IMG/VR virus record: IMGVR_UViG_3300021511_000007 | Span: 1,191-65,190 of that record | Reading direction: 5' to 3' (one strand) | DNA: 64,000 nucleotides | Origin: a virus | Taxonomy: Duplodnaviria > Caudoviricetes | Shown: one piece after another, positions 9,948 through 19,411 of the stretch | Numbering within the stretch: the first letter of the stretch is position 1 | Layout of the letters: each line of letters opens with the position of its first letter | The notes under the pieces: model-generated | Database searches by the model: none | What the model saw: the letters and a program-made list of their open reading frames with translations, nothing else | What the model was told of the DNA's origin: nothing | Translations under genes and position numbers: made by a program

Positions 9948-10171
9948 GTCACTCTCCTGTCCGGATAATCCTTCGGCTGCTCTGCGGGCGCATCGTACAA
10001 CCTCGAACGATGCCGAATGGTTTGCAGCATGATGGTTCGGGCGAACTCGGCCAACAATGATTCTGCTCGCAACCGGTCGGCCGGCGCTGCGTTCGGCAAG
10101 AACAGCGTCACAATACCATCGACACTTTCGGAAAAATCCCGATCAAGTTGGTCTTGCTCAATAGCATTCAC
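9944..10171 (-). CDS. Hypothetical protein (75 aa)
   Basis: Abutting ORF in the lysis cluster. Confidence 0.5.
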   Translation of the reverse strand: MNAIEQDQLDRDFSESVDGIVTLFLPNAAPADRLRAESLLAEFARTIMLQTIRHRSRLYDAPAEQPKDYPDRRVT

Positions 10172-10597
10172 TTACCGTGCCTCGCGCTTCAAGATTTCCC
10201 GTAACATTCTTACCTGTTCCGGATGCGTATGCTTTACTTCTCTCGTAAAATCTCGAAGCTCTTCCAAAATTACCAGAGAAGTGGTATTCCCCAGATCTGT
10301 TGACTTCACCAACTGACCCAAAGAACGTACTAAGATGACATTGCTGGCTTCTCTGGTTCTCGAAAGCTCTCGATCCTCTTCGTATGCGGTTAGAAAAACA
10401 GAAGAAAGAGAAAAGATTGCGAAAAGTAAAATAGCGGACAAAATCGCAAACGGGCCACTCCGAATAAGATAGACCAAAAGGGTTACTTTCCAGCCGCTCA
10501 CGCCGTCTGCCTGGGCTTGCTGGGCTTGTTGGTCAATGCCGGTATGCAGCGCCAGGCCGGCCCCCTCTTTTATCCATCCCACCTTTGGCATTGCCAA
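10172..10597 (-). CDS. Membrane protein, lysis cluster (141 aa)
   Basis: Long hydrophobic stretch followed by a coiled-coil-like C-terminus. Confidence 0.55.
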   Translation of the reverse strand: MAMPKVGWIKEGAGLALHTGIDQQAQQAQADGVSGWKVTLLVYLIRSGPFAILSAILLFAIFSLSSVFLTAYEEDRELSRTREASNVILVRSLGQLVKSTDLGNTTSLVILEELRDFTREVKHTHPEQVRMLREILKREAR

Positions 10598-10616
10598 TTA
10601 TCCTCGTTCACATATC

Positions 10617-11312
10617 CTATGTGCAATATCCCGGGGTTTGGAATGTCGTGTTCCGCGGTTGCTCAAGATGATGTCTACGCACCGATGCGGACACGGGCCT
10701 TCCGAATATTCTCTCGAATTCCGCCAATGCTTCCGCCGCGCGCTTGGGGTCATGCGTGTCTTCGTCTCGACGGCTGTACGCGCGATAAGCTGCATAGGCG
10801 CACAAATACTCGTGGAATTCTTCAGGTATTTCAGGCTCCTCCTTGAATGAATCGATAGGGATGCGGTAGACCTCAAGATATACCGTGTCGCCGTTTTCCG
10901 AAGAGGTGGGGATCGGATAAAACCGGATGGTTCGACCCTTGACGATATATGCAGTCGGCTCGCCTGTAGCAGTGCGCCAGTCGTCGCCATTCTCCGACAC
11001 GATTTCGCGTTCGGTTTTTTGCTCCAGCGGTGCGCCGTCGTAAATGACCGCTTCGATTCTGGTTATCTTGCTGCTGGAGGAATAGCTCGCCGTGTCGGTT
11101 GCGAGGGTGATTTGAGTGACGGCAGCGGTGCTGCTGTCGAAGATCAGATCACCACCCCTGGAGCCTTGACACGCAACAATTTCTCCGCGCGCCAACCACC
11201 TGGCAATGAACTGGTCGGACCAGCGCCGGTCCTCGTCGTTCTGGTCCGGATTGTCCGAAACATCATCCAACCAATCCTCTCGGACCATTCGGATAAGTTC
11301 CCCGCGAGTCAT
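10617..11312 (-). CDS. Head-tail adaptor/connector-like protein (231 aa)
   Basis: 'MTRGELIRMVR...G.PTAY...IRFYPIP...EPEIPEEFHEYL..YAAYRAY' pattern typical of podophage adaptors. Confidence 0.7.
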   Translation of the reverse strand: MTRGELIRMVREDWLDDVSDNPDQNDEDRRWSDQFIARWLARGEIVACQGSRGGDLIFDSSTAAVTQITLATDTASYSSSSKITRIEAVIYDGAPLEQKTEREIVSENGDDWRTATGEPTAYIVKGRTIRFYPIPTSSENGDTVYLEVYRIPIDSFKEEPEIPEEFHEYLCAYAAYRAYSRRDEDTHDPKRAAEALAEFERIFGRPVSASVRRHHLEQPRNTTFQTPGYCT

Positions 11313-11956
11313 CTCGACCCCTGCATGAATGTTGCGACCAAGGAGCCGGAGGCGTAGCTTGTTACTGCCAGTCTGGACGCCGTGGCATAGCCTGTATCGC
11401 TTCCACGCTGCGAAGTGGTCTCTGCGGTAACACCCGTGTCTACCGTTACGGCTGCATCGCTCTCCTGGAACCCCGCAGCTTGTACATCATCCGCTGTGGT
11501 TTGCCATGCGTAGGTGATGGATGCGCTGGTGGATAGCTCTACTTGAATGGTCCCAACGGGGTAGATGTAATCCAGCGGAATCCATTCGGTTTCCATCTCA
11601 TCCGCAGAACCAACTTCGCAGTTAGTGCCGACCGCTCCGTCTACGGCTACCCGAGTAACGGTCTTGAAATTCTTGGTGCCGTTTACCGTAGTGGCATTCG
11701 GGCCGGTGATTGCTTCGGTGATGATGGTGCCATATCGATCCGTACCGGTCACCGTGAATACAACGCCGGACATATCGGCGGCACAGTAAACGGATACATG
11801 CCGAGGTACGTCCATTGTGCCCGACAGCGCCCCGTTCAGCGTCAAGTCCGCACCTGCGGTAGTCTGGGCTTGGGCTATGCCGTTTCTGTCAAGGGCCGTC
11901 GGTGCCAGTGTAACGCGTTTCGGCTGCATGTTGCCTCCTGTCGCCCCGGCTTGCAC
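11309..11956 (-). CDS. Virion structural protein (about 207-215 aa)
   Basis: 'VFTVTGTDRYG..ITEAITGPNATTV.GTK.FKTVT' motif of phage virion proteins; start uncertain. Confidence 0.65.
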   Translation of the reverse strand: MQAGATGGNMQPKRVTLAPTALDRNGIAQAQTTAGADLTLNGALSGTMDVPRHVSVYCAADMSGVVFTVTGTDRYGTIITEAITGPNATTVNGTKNFKTVTRVAVDGAVGTNCEVGSADEMETEWIPLDYIYPVGTIQVELSTSASITYAWQTTADDVQAAGFQESDAAVTVDTGVTAETTSQRGSDTGYATASRLAVTSYASGSLVATFMQGSR

Positions 11957-11989
11957 TGGGGCACATATTGATTGGACTGGCGCAGCACG

Positions 11990-12892
11990 TTACGCAACGG
12001 CAGGCTCGATTACGCCGGACAGGTCGGACGTGCTCAACTCGTAGTAATTCTCCATCGCACCCAGATCGCCGGGGATAATCCCCTGAGATGCGTGTCCACC
12101 GGTACAGCGATTGTTCGCACAAATCCCGGTTGCTGTTGCCGCCATACTGATGCAGCTATCCGCATCGGCGGCAATATTGAAGATGAAGTTGTTCAGAATC
12201 GAACATCTGGTCACCACCCCGGCGCCCCCGATGCACATCGTGCCCCAGTTTCCGTGAAGCACGTTGTCTCTGATCAGGTGACCGTCACCAGTGCCGGCCA
12301 GGTTGACGAAATGCGTATCGGCGGCATCGAGCATCAGACTGGTACAGCCTTCGATGGTGATGCCGTTGGATGTGGTTGTAGCACCGTCCTGCACGCAAAT
12401 CTTGAAATTCATGTCGGCGGCGGTAGCCTGGAAATGGCACCCGCGCAACGAGAAGTTAACTGCATTCACATCGATGGCCGCCGCAATATCGGCAAAGTTC
12501 GCGGAAAAGACGATATTCTCGACGGAAATGTTGGCCGCGTCGATGTCGATGTCAGCCGTGGCCGCTGTGTCGAACGTGATAATCGGCCTGTTCGATCCGT
12601 TACCGAGTCCGATAATGGACACTCCGGCAACATCCATGTCAATACCCGCAGCCGCCGATACAGTCTCGGCATGGCCCGCCTTGACCATGATGATATCGCC
12701 ATTGTTCGCGGTCAACACGCCACTGTTCATGGCATTTTCAATGCTGGAAAACGGAGTGGCCTCATTGCCATTGCCGTTCAGTCCGGGGCCGGAATCCACC
12801 CATACGACATTGCCGCCGTAAGCATTCAGGATAGGCATATTGCGGATGGATACGCCACCGGCAAAGCCATTCGGGTAGTGTGATTTGGTCAT
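11990..12892 (-). CDS. Beta-helix (pectin-lyase-like) virion protein (300 aa)
   Basis: Directly after the MCP; 'GD.IMVKAGHAET' and repeated Asn/Gly beta-helix-like turns. Confidence 0.6.
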   Translation of the reverse strand: MTKSHYPNGFAGGVSIRNMPILNAYGGNVVWVDSGPGLNGNGNEATPFSSIENAMNSGVLTANNGDIIMVKAGHAETVSAAAGIDMDVAGVSIIGLGNGSNRPIITFDTAATADIDIDAANISVENIVFSANFADIAAAIDVNAVNFSLRGCHFQATAADMNFKICVQDGATTTSNGITIEGCTSLMLDAADTHFVNLAGTGDGHLIRDNVLHGNWGTMCIGGAGVVTRCSILNNFIFNIAADADSCISMAATATGICANNRCTGGHASQGIIPGDLGAMENYYELSTSDLSGVIEPAVA

Positions 12893-12974
12893 TTGATTTG
12901 TCTCCCATGAACCCCTGTGGGGTCCGTAGAACTCTCATGGTTCGTTGTGGCTGGCATCAAGCCCGCCGGATTTG

Positions 12975-13892
12975 TTAGGCGCTCCAGCCGCCGATGAAAG
13001 CCTGCCGCCAGTTGGTCCAACCTTCGCTGCCGACTTGGCGCATACGAAAAAAGATCGAGTCGGTGCGCGGGTCCACGCTGGTTTTCGGCTTCGACAGCGG
13101 GATGCGCTCGAAATACTTCAGTCCGTCCGGACAGTTCGTGGTGATCATCCAGAAGTTCGAGTCCGTCAGTTCGGTGATTTCCTGCGGATCGGTGCCGAAA
13201 AGACCGCGATGCTGAATGACGTTGATGTCGTTCTCCGCCGTTCCGGGCCGGTTCGGCGATCCGAGGATGCGCCCACCGTTCCATGTCTGCGAAGAGTGCA
13301 GGCACAGACTCTTGGGCTTGAGCATTTGGCTGAGTCCGCGATCATTGCGGGCCTGCCGGATCATATTCAGCACGGTCTCAAGAGACGACTCGGAGAGTTG
13401 CATACCCGTAGCCGGCATGTTCGCCTGAGCGCCGCCGTCGAGCGTCGGGTGAGTCAGAGAAAACAAAGGCTTACCGTCGCCACCGAGGAAATCGGTATCA
13501 CGCCCGTTGTTCAACACGTTGGCGCAATCCACCTCGATTTTCTGGTTGATGCTGTTCGGCAGTTCGGCAGCAAACTTCTTGCCCACATCCCAGTAGCGGT
13601 TGTCTTCCTGTGCTCGCTGAGTGATCTCCACCGCCAGCGCGGTTTCCCGGTGCGTGTAGCGTCGAGTCCACATCTCGCGTCCGCCGTCGGTGGCGTACAG
13701 GCCGCCCTCGTTGCGCTCCTGACCGTAACCCAGTCCGGCAATCATCGCGTCCTCCTCATACGCTTTCTCGCTTTTCACCACCTCCATGTAGTTTGGGTAC
13801 TCTTTCGGCCATTGGTCGTTGGCCAGGCCGGTAATGGTGCCGAGCCCGTCTTGGAGAAGCGACGCCAGTTGATGGCGAGTCATAGTAGCCAT
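12975..13892 (-). CDS. Major capsid protein (305 aa)
   Basis: 'SEKAYEED...EGG...RYTHRE.AL...IT.RA.EDN.Y...GGDGKPLFS.THP' pattern of Mu-gpT-like HK97-fold capsids; position after the scaffold. Confidence 0.85.
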   Translation of the reverse strand: MATMTRHQLASLLQDGLGTITGLANDQWPKEYPNYMEVVKSEKAYEEDAMIAGLGYGQERNEGGLYATDGGREMWTRRYTHRETALAVEITQRAQEDNRYWDVGKKFAAELPNSINQKIEVDCANVLNNGRDTDFLGGDGKPLFSLTHPTLDGGAQANMPATGMQLSESSLETVLNMIRQARNDRGLSQMLKPKSLCLHSSQTWNGGRILGSPNRPGTAENDINVIQHRGLFGTDPQEITELTDSNFWMITTNCPDGLKYFERIPLSKPKTSVDPRTDSIFFRMRQVGSEGWTNWRQAFIGGWSA

Positions 13893-13904
13893 GATGTTCC
13901 TCCT

Positions 13905-14441
13905 TTAGGACACGATCAGGTGATGCTTGAGAAATCGAACCAACACCTTGGCATAGGCGCCAACGACGTTGCCGGGGATGGGGGCCAGGCGCAGCAAGTG
14001 CAAAGACCCATCAGTAGCATGAGTCGTATCAAGCTGGGTAGTACTCATCCCGGTTCTGGTGTTGACCGAGCCGGAGGTCCAGTCCACCGTAGTTCCCGCA
14101 TCATCGGCGGCGAAGGTGTCCACCTGCCCGATGAATGTAAAGCTCGGGTCGTCGTAGACCAGTGCGGTAATTTCGGTCGCCACCTGGGCTGCTGGCCACT
14201 GGGGCGAAAATACCTGCTTGCCCGAAGGATCGACGTACATGCAGCCCTTGAATATGCCGATGCAGTCCTCTTCCGTCGCCGCAGAGATCTCGATATTCCG
14301 GCCGGTGCCGGTCATCTTCACGAATTCCCCTTCGCCAAGACCGGTAGCGTAACCGCTGGCGATAGTGTAATCGGAAAAATACGCGCTTTTGCCGCCGGAA
14401 TCATAAAGCCGAAGGCCGTAGGCACTATCAGTATTACTCAT
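13905..14441 (-). CDS. Capsid-associated/decoration protein (178 aa)
   Basis: 'MSNTDSAYGLR...IGIFKGCMY.DP' type gene commonly found just upstream of this MCP class. Confidence 0.65.
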   Translation of the reverse strand: MSNTDSAYGLRLYDSGGKSAYFSDYTIASGYATGLGEGEFVKMTGTGRNIEISAATEEDCIGIFKGCMYVDPSGKQVFSPQWPAAQVATEITALVYDDPSFTFIGQVDTFAADDAGTTVDWTSGSVNTRTGMSTTQLDTTHATDGSLHLLRLAPIPGNVVGAYAKVLVRFLKHHLIVS

Positions 14442-14494
14442 GGTGTACCTCTTGTGTGAATTGGCCCGCGACTTATGCCGCCGACACTATGTTT

Positions 14495-15007
14495 TCAGTC
14501 CGGAGCAACCTCCGCGCGGCGCCCCACGTCAAGGCTTGCGTGCGAGTCATCCCGCAAATTCATTCCCGTGCCGGACAGTTCATTCAGCACACCGCCCTGG
14601 GTGGCCCGTACTTTTTCCTGCACTCTGTTTTTCAGCAGTTGTCGTACCTCGTCGCCGTACTCGATAGGCCGCTCCATCAACACGAGATCGTGGGTTCCGA
14701 TGACGTTGCCGAGGCGGTCGTTCTGCGCGGTTATGTACGCATAACTTCTGTCCAGCGTTTTCGGATCAACCGGAGTCCAGCCTTGGCGGTCCGCAACACT
14801 CATGTTGAGGTAAGCGGGCTCGCTACCCTCCATTACTCTGATCCACATATTTTCGTAGCCGTCGCGCGGCTGAATGTCCTGGGGCACCGGACCGGTGTCG
14901 TCGAGAGAGAGATTGATTTTTACATCTCTTTCTTTCGACTTATCGCGCGCCGATTGCGCGCGTGGGGTGCGGGAGGCGTCCCGCGGCGTGGGTTCTGCTG
15001 TATTCAT
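14495..15007 (-). CDS. Conserved head-module protein (170 aa)
   Basis: 'GYENMWIR...GWTPV...DLVLMERP' motif; sits between scaffold and MCP. Confidence 0.65.
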   Translation of the reverse strand: MNTAEPTPRDASRTPRAQSARDKSKERDVKINLSLDDTGPVPQDIQPRDGYENMWIRVMEGSEPAYLNMSVADRQGWTPVDPKTLDRSYAYITAQNDRLGNVIGTHDLVLMERPIEYGDEVRQLLKNRVQEKVRATQGGVLNELSGTGMNLRDDSHASLDVGRRAEVAPD

Positions 15008-15040
15008 TTGAGTATACCCTTAATTAGTGGGAATGCAACC

Positions 15041-16012
15041 TTACCCGCGAATCTGCCGGATAAACGCTTTACGGTACGCAGGGTCGTTGTGGTCTTTGCC
15101 GGTTTGTCGGGCCACAAAGACCATCCGCCTATGCTCTTCCGCGGTAAGCCCGTCTTTGCGCTTCTGGTCCACGCCCTCGGCACCGCCTGTTCGACTCGGC
15201 TGCAAGCCTGCCCGTGGCGGTTCTTTCTGTGCCTCTTTCGGCGGTTCAGAACCATTGCCGCCGGTCGGCCTCGTTGTCAAACCCCATGCATCCAGAGTGA
15301 ATGCCATCTCTTCGTCCAGGCGCTGGTACAGTTCCGGACCAACCGGCATGGTTTGACGTAACACGCTTTCGCGTTGCTGAGCCTCCCGTGCCAACTGGGG
15401 GTACCGCTGTCGCCCGAGCTCGTCCGCCTCTTGGAACCATTGGTTCTCCTTCATCCACGCTTGCGCGGACGGGTCGATTTGCGGCTGCTGTTGGTATTGC
15501 GGCTGTGCCGGTGCCCTTGTCTCTCCCGCCAACAACTTCTCGCGCTGCTCCTTCAGCGCGTCCACCACAAAGTCGCTCCCGTCTTCGCGGGCCAGATCGA
15601 TAGCCTCGTCCAGCTGTCGGATTCGTGGATCATCCTTTGGTGCGCCTCGCGCCGCCTCGGCTTCGACCAAGCGCTGTTTCAGGTCCGCATTCTCGGCTTC
15701 CGCCCTATCGGCCCGCTGGTCGGACTCATAGCGGCGAGTCGTCAGATCCTTGATGTGCTCGCGGGTTTTGATGCCTTTCGCTTTGTAATACTCGGGGTTG
15801 TGTTTCGCTTCCCATTTTTCCGGGTGCGGCTTTTCTTCGGCGGCGTCCTCATCGCCCCGGTCTTGTTCCTCGGTTTCGGCCTCTGCGGACCTCTTTTCCG
15901 GCTCCTTTGGCTCCTTTGGCTCTTCCTCCGGCAACCCGCCCATGGCGGCCAGAACTTCTTCCGGCACCTCGATAGTGTCGGCTTCAACCAGCTTCTCTTC
16001 CACTTTATTCAT
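15041..16012 (-). CDS. Scaffolding protein (323 aa)
   Basis: Acidic, coiled-coil-rich; 'AQAW..ENQWF' motif; upstream of the MCP. Confidence 0.7.
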   Translation of the reverse strand: MNKVEEKLVEADTIEVPEEVLAAMGGLPEEEPKEPKEPEKRSAEAETEEQDRGDEDAAEEKPHPEKWEAKHNPEYYKAKGIKTREHIKDLTTRRYESDQRADRAEAENADLKQRLVEAEAARGAPKDDPRIRQLDEAIDLAREDGSDFVVDALKEQREKLLAGETRAPAQPQYQQQPQIDPSAQAWMKENQWFQEADELGRQRYPQLAREAQQRESVLRQTMPVGPELYQRLDEEMAFTLDAWGLTTRPTGGNGSEPPKEAQKEPPRAGLQPSRTGGAEGVDQKRKDGLTAEEHRRMVFVARQTGKDHNDPAYRKAFIRQIRG

Positions 16013-16022
16013 ATCGGTGGCC

Positions 16023-16439
16023 TCAGTACGGGTTTTTCATCGCTGCCGGATCGGTGATCCGCGCGATGATGTCTTCGTCGTTCATGACGCGATATTCGCG
16101 GCCATCAGCGGCGAACATCCGCTTGCCGCCGCGACTGTCGTAGGCCACTACGTCTCCGACGTTGCACCAGCCTGGGTTGGCATGCCCTGTTGGTTGGAAC
16201 TTCACCGGGTCTTGATAGGCCAGCGGCCCCACCGATACAACCGTTCCCCGGTATTCGTTGACCTTTTGCACCGCCACCGTTTCCTTCGGGAGGGCAATAA
16301 CGCCTTCCGTTTCCGCTGCCTTGAACGGCTCTACGATGATTCTCCAGCCTACGGCGCGGAAGGGTAACTTTTCGCCGGGGCCATTCGTTGCGCGGCCATA
16401 CGCCTCATCCGCTTGTGCGGTGATTTCGTCATTTGTCAT
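16023..16439 (-). CDS. groES: Phage co-chaperonin GroES-like protein
   Basis: 'GWRIIVEP...GVIALP...GTVVSVGPLAY...WCNVGDVV...EYRVMNDEDIIA' matches the Cpn10 fold. Confidence 0.85.
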   Translation of the reverse strand: MTNDEITAQADEAYGRATNGPGEKLPFRAVGWRIIVEPFKAAETEGVIALPKETVAVQKVNEYRGTVVSVGPLAYQDPVKFQPTGHANPGWCNVGDVVAYDSRGGKRMFAADGREYRVMNDEDIIARITDPAAMKNPY

Positions 16440-16633
16440 TCTTCAGCCTCCTGTCGCCCGATAAGAGCGTTGATATCCGTCAGCGCGTCTTCGATTCCCC
16501 GAATGCGCCCCGTTCTCTGCCTGTAATCAGCAAAGTCTTTCGCTTTGCCCAATCCGAGATCATTCTGAATCCGGGCTTTGCGTTCGTTGAGCTTGACCTT
16601 CAACTCATCGATTGTTTGGTAGATGGCGTCCAT
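16436..16633 (-). CDS. Small head-module protein
   Basis: MDAIYQ...LGLGKAKDFADYRQRTGRIRGIE; this gene type usually lies between portal and GroES in such phages. Confidence 0.65.
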   Translation of the reverse strand: MDAIYQTIDELKVKLNERKARIQNDLGLGKAKDFADYRQRTGRIRGIEDALTDINALIGRQEAEE

Positions 16634-16727
16634 TACACGCCTGCCACATCTTCTTCGTACACGCGATTGCTTTTCGCTGCGGTTTTTAGACCTACAGGCA
16701 TCCATTCCACCATAGCTTGTATCTTAC

Positions 16728-16928
16728 TCAGAAGAAGAAGAGCTTCGTTGTATTTTCTACATCGGCTTTGTATTCTTGCCATTTGTCTTCCGGGCGCAGT
16801 GCGGGGTTTATCATTTCGCGTCTTAATTCTCTATATTCATTCTCTTTTTCATGGTTTTCGGTTAGCTTGGCATAGCCAATGGCCATGGTTATTAAGCGCT
16901 GCACTTCTTGATTTGTCAGTGTCATCAC
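16728..16928 (-). CDS. Hypothetical protein (66 aa)
   Basis: AT-richer ORF overlapping the portal stop. Confidence 0.45.
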   Translation of the reverse strand: MMTLTNQEVQRLITMAIGYAKLTENHEKENEYRELRREMINPALRPEDKWQEYKADVENTTKLFFF

Positions 16929-19411
16929 TCCACCGCCGGCGGCGCAGGAAACGGCTCGGTACGCTTCAATAACGCCGCCTCTACCGATTCCGCCTCCTTC
17001 CGCTGCGCATCATCCATCGCAATCGCCGTCTTGCGCTGTGCATCGGTGACGGCTTCACCGGTTTTGCGTTGCGTGTCAGCGGCGGCCACGGCGTTCTTCC
17101 GCCGGATGTCCGCACCGGCCACAGTATCTTTCCGCTGAATATCCGCCTGGGCCTGCTGGTCTTTCCTCGACTGCTCGGCAGCTTCCGGGTCCACCGGTGG
17201 CGGCTGTTGCTGTTGAGCCTGCATCTGTTGAGCTGCCTGAGCCGACAGCATCGCTATCTGGTTTTCCATTTCCGGTGGCATCTCCGCCCATTCGTCATCC
17301 ATGATCGTCTCGGTATCCGGCATCCGGTACGGTACGCCTGTCTGCTGCTGCATCATCTTGAGATAGGCCGCGGCGATATGGGCCTGAATGTGCGCCTGGA
17401 GCGGCGGCCCGGCAGTCTTGGCGGCATCTTCGTCCAGTCCTTGCAGAAAGGTCGAATGCACAACGATGTGTGCCTGGTCGTCTTGTTCCATATGCGTCTT
17501 GATCGGTATCCCCTGGAGCGCGGCGGCATTCTCTTCGACCGGTCCCATTCTCGCAGTCAGGTCGGACGGCTCGGGCATCAGCGAATCCAAGTCATCAATC
17601 CGTAGCGTCATCTGTGCGCGCTTGTGGACCTCTCGCATGTCGTACAGTTCTGGCGATTTCTCAGCCAACTCAATCGATGCCAGGCTGGAGAAATACCGCT
17701 GCGTGTGGGATACGAAATTCGGATCGGAAACGGGTAGTACGGCAATCGACTCGGGATCGAAATCTTCTCTGAATACCTCGCTCGATTCACCGGCCACGGC
17801 ATACGGGTATCGATCCTCGGCCCACAGTCCCGCCAACTCGAGCATTCTGCGATATTCGCGGCCGAATGAATTGTGGAGCCCGGCTTGAATGGCCGTAAAA
17901 CTCATCATGCCCTGCTCTATTCGTGCCATCGTAGTACCGACCGGTACGTTGCTGGAGCCCTCGCCCATCAACGAATCGGTTGTACCGGCGAACCGATTGA
18001 AGCTTTCGACCACGAACCCCAATAAATTGAACAGTGTCTGAGATGGGCTTGATTTGGGCCATGGGAACAGCCCCGACTTCATATCTTCGCCGGACGCCGC
18101 TACGTCATACCAGACATCCATACGCTTCGACATTTTGCCGCCGTCAATCTTCAGATCTTCTGACTTTAGACCTCCATTCGTGTTTTCGCTGAATCCCGCA
18201 TCCAGCAGCGCCCTCATCGACCCCGTGGCTGTGCGAGCCAGCGATCCCATCAAATGATAAAATCCATAATCATAGAACCCCAGCCCCGGAATGAATCCGT
18301 GCTGAGTGTACTCCACCAACCGCTTGCGCTGTTTGTCGCTCGGGCGCCATTGGCGGTAGATCGCCAATACCTTGCTACTATCGCGATCCACTGCGACTGT
18401 GTACGGTAGCGCTATGTCCTCCTCGAACCCAGCCAGGTCCAGGTCGCATGTGCAGTAATATACAGTGTGCCTATCCGGAGTGCTGCCGTCCTCCACATCC
18501 TCCCTGCCCTCTCCTCTCTTGATGTCGTCTTCTATGTCTATTCGGGCGGAGTCGCCGTCTCCGGTGCGCTCATCCGGTGTCTGTAACTCGACAGTTCGGA
18601 ATATGCCCCCATGCATCATACGGCGCATGGTGTTCGGCGGCATGGGAACGATTTCCGTGTACCGGAGCGCGGTTTCCAAATTATCGGCTTCGTATGGCAC
18701 TACAAAGCGCTCCGGAGTGATTACCGCTCTCTCCAGCCTATCCAACGAATCATCCCAGTATGGACGCGTGAATAGATTGCCGCTGATCGGGAGCCGGAAT
18801 AGCAGCTTGCTGGTTTGCTTCCGCGCATTCTCCATTTTCACCGTATAGAGGTAATTCATGTATCCCTCTACGCGCCGCGCCTTTTCGGTCTTTTCGTCTG
18901 TCGTTTTGCCTATAATCGTGGTCTTCACCGGGCTTCCGGCCGGCCATAGCGCAGCACTAGCCCGCGCCCAGAATTGTGTACAGGCTTCCGCCAACATCGG
19001 ATGAATGACTTCCGACCCGCCGTCGAATGCAGCAGGGCAGCTCTTCGGCTTGGTTATCCCGAGGAATTCCAGCCCGATTTTTTCTTGCTTGACCCACTCC
19101 TCCCTGCTGTCGTCATCCCTGCGCACCCAGGTTATTACGTCATTTGCGAGAGTGTTGAGATCGCGGTCTTCGAGAAAATTAGCGAGATTGGCATAGTGAT
19201 CGCTCGCTGATTCCGGGGCGTTGCTCTTCCTCCGATGCCGATGGAGAATTGCGGCCTCCTCGTCGGACAGAAGCCCTTCGTCTTCATCGGCCAATTTCAG
19301 GATTGCCTGCAACCGAATTGCAGCAGGATCGGCCGGTTGATCATCTGCAATGCCCGTTGCCGGGGCGAATCCACCGGATATCACTTGATTCGGTGTGTCG
19401 TTGAGATGCAT
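16925..19411 (-). CDS. Portal protein (828 aa)
   Basis: Directly follows TerL; 'SREEW...HPMLAEACTQF.ARA...FIPGLGFY..G...PVGTTMA.IEQG...PVSDPN' portal pattern; Gln-rich tail. Confidence 0.85.
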   Translation of the reverse strand: MHLNDTPNQVISGGFAPATGIADDQPADPAAIRLQAILKLADEDEGLLSDEEAAILHRHRRKSNAPESASDHYANLANFLEDRDLNTLANDVITWVRRDDDSREEWVKQEKIGLEFLGITKPKSCPAAFDGGSEVIHPMLAEACTQFWARASAALWPAGSPVKTTIIGKTTDEKTEKARRVEGYMNYLYTVKMENARKQTSKLLFRLPISGNLFTRPYWDDSLDRLERAVITPERFVVPYEADNLETALRYTEIVPMPPNTMRRMMHGGIFRTVELQTPDERTGDGDSARIDIEDDIKRGEGREDVEDGSTPDRHTVYYCTCDLDLAGFEEDIALPYTVAVDRDSSKVLAIYRQWRPSDKQRKRLVEYTQHGFIPGLGFYDYGFYHLMGSLARTATGSMRALLDAGFSENTNGGLKSEDLKIDGGKMSKRMDVWYDVAASGEDMKSGLFPWPKSSPSQTLFNLLGFVVESFNRFAGTTDSLMGEGSSNVPVGTTMARIEQGMMSFTAIQAGLHNSFGREYRRMLELAGLWAEDRYPYAVAGESSEVFREDFDPESIAVLPVSDPNFVSHTQRYFSSLASIELAEKSPELYDMREVHKRAQMTLRIDDLDSLMPEPSDLTARMGPVEENAAALQGIPIKTHMEQDDQAHIVVHSTFLQGLDEDAAKTAGPPLQAHIQAHIAAAYLKMMQQQTGVPYRMPDTETIMDDEWAEMPPEMENQIAMLSAQAAQQMQAQQQQPPPVDPEAAEQSRKDQQAQADIQRKDTVAGADIRRKNAVAAADTQRKTGEAVTDAQRKTAIAMDDAQRKEAESVEAALLKRTEPFPAPPAVE

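Noticed and set aside
12945-14459. Long plus-strand ORFs (for example 2902-4281, 12945-14459, 53917-55113)
   Set aside because: Antisense shadows of recognisable high-GC minus-strand genes, with no motifs of their own.
16023-16439. Phage GroES as a novelty
   Set aside because: Co-chaperonin genes in phage head modules are already well known.
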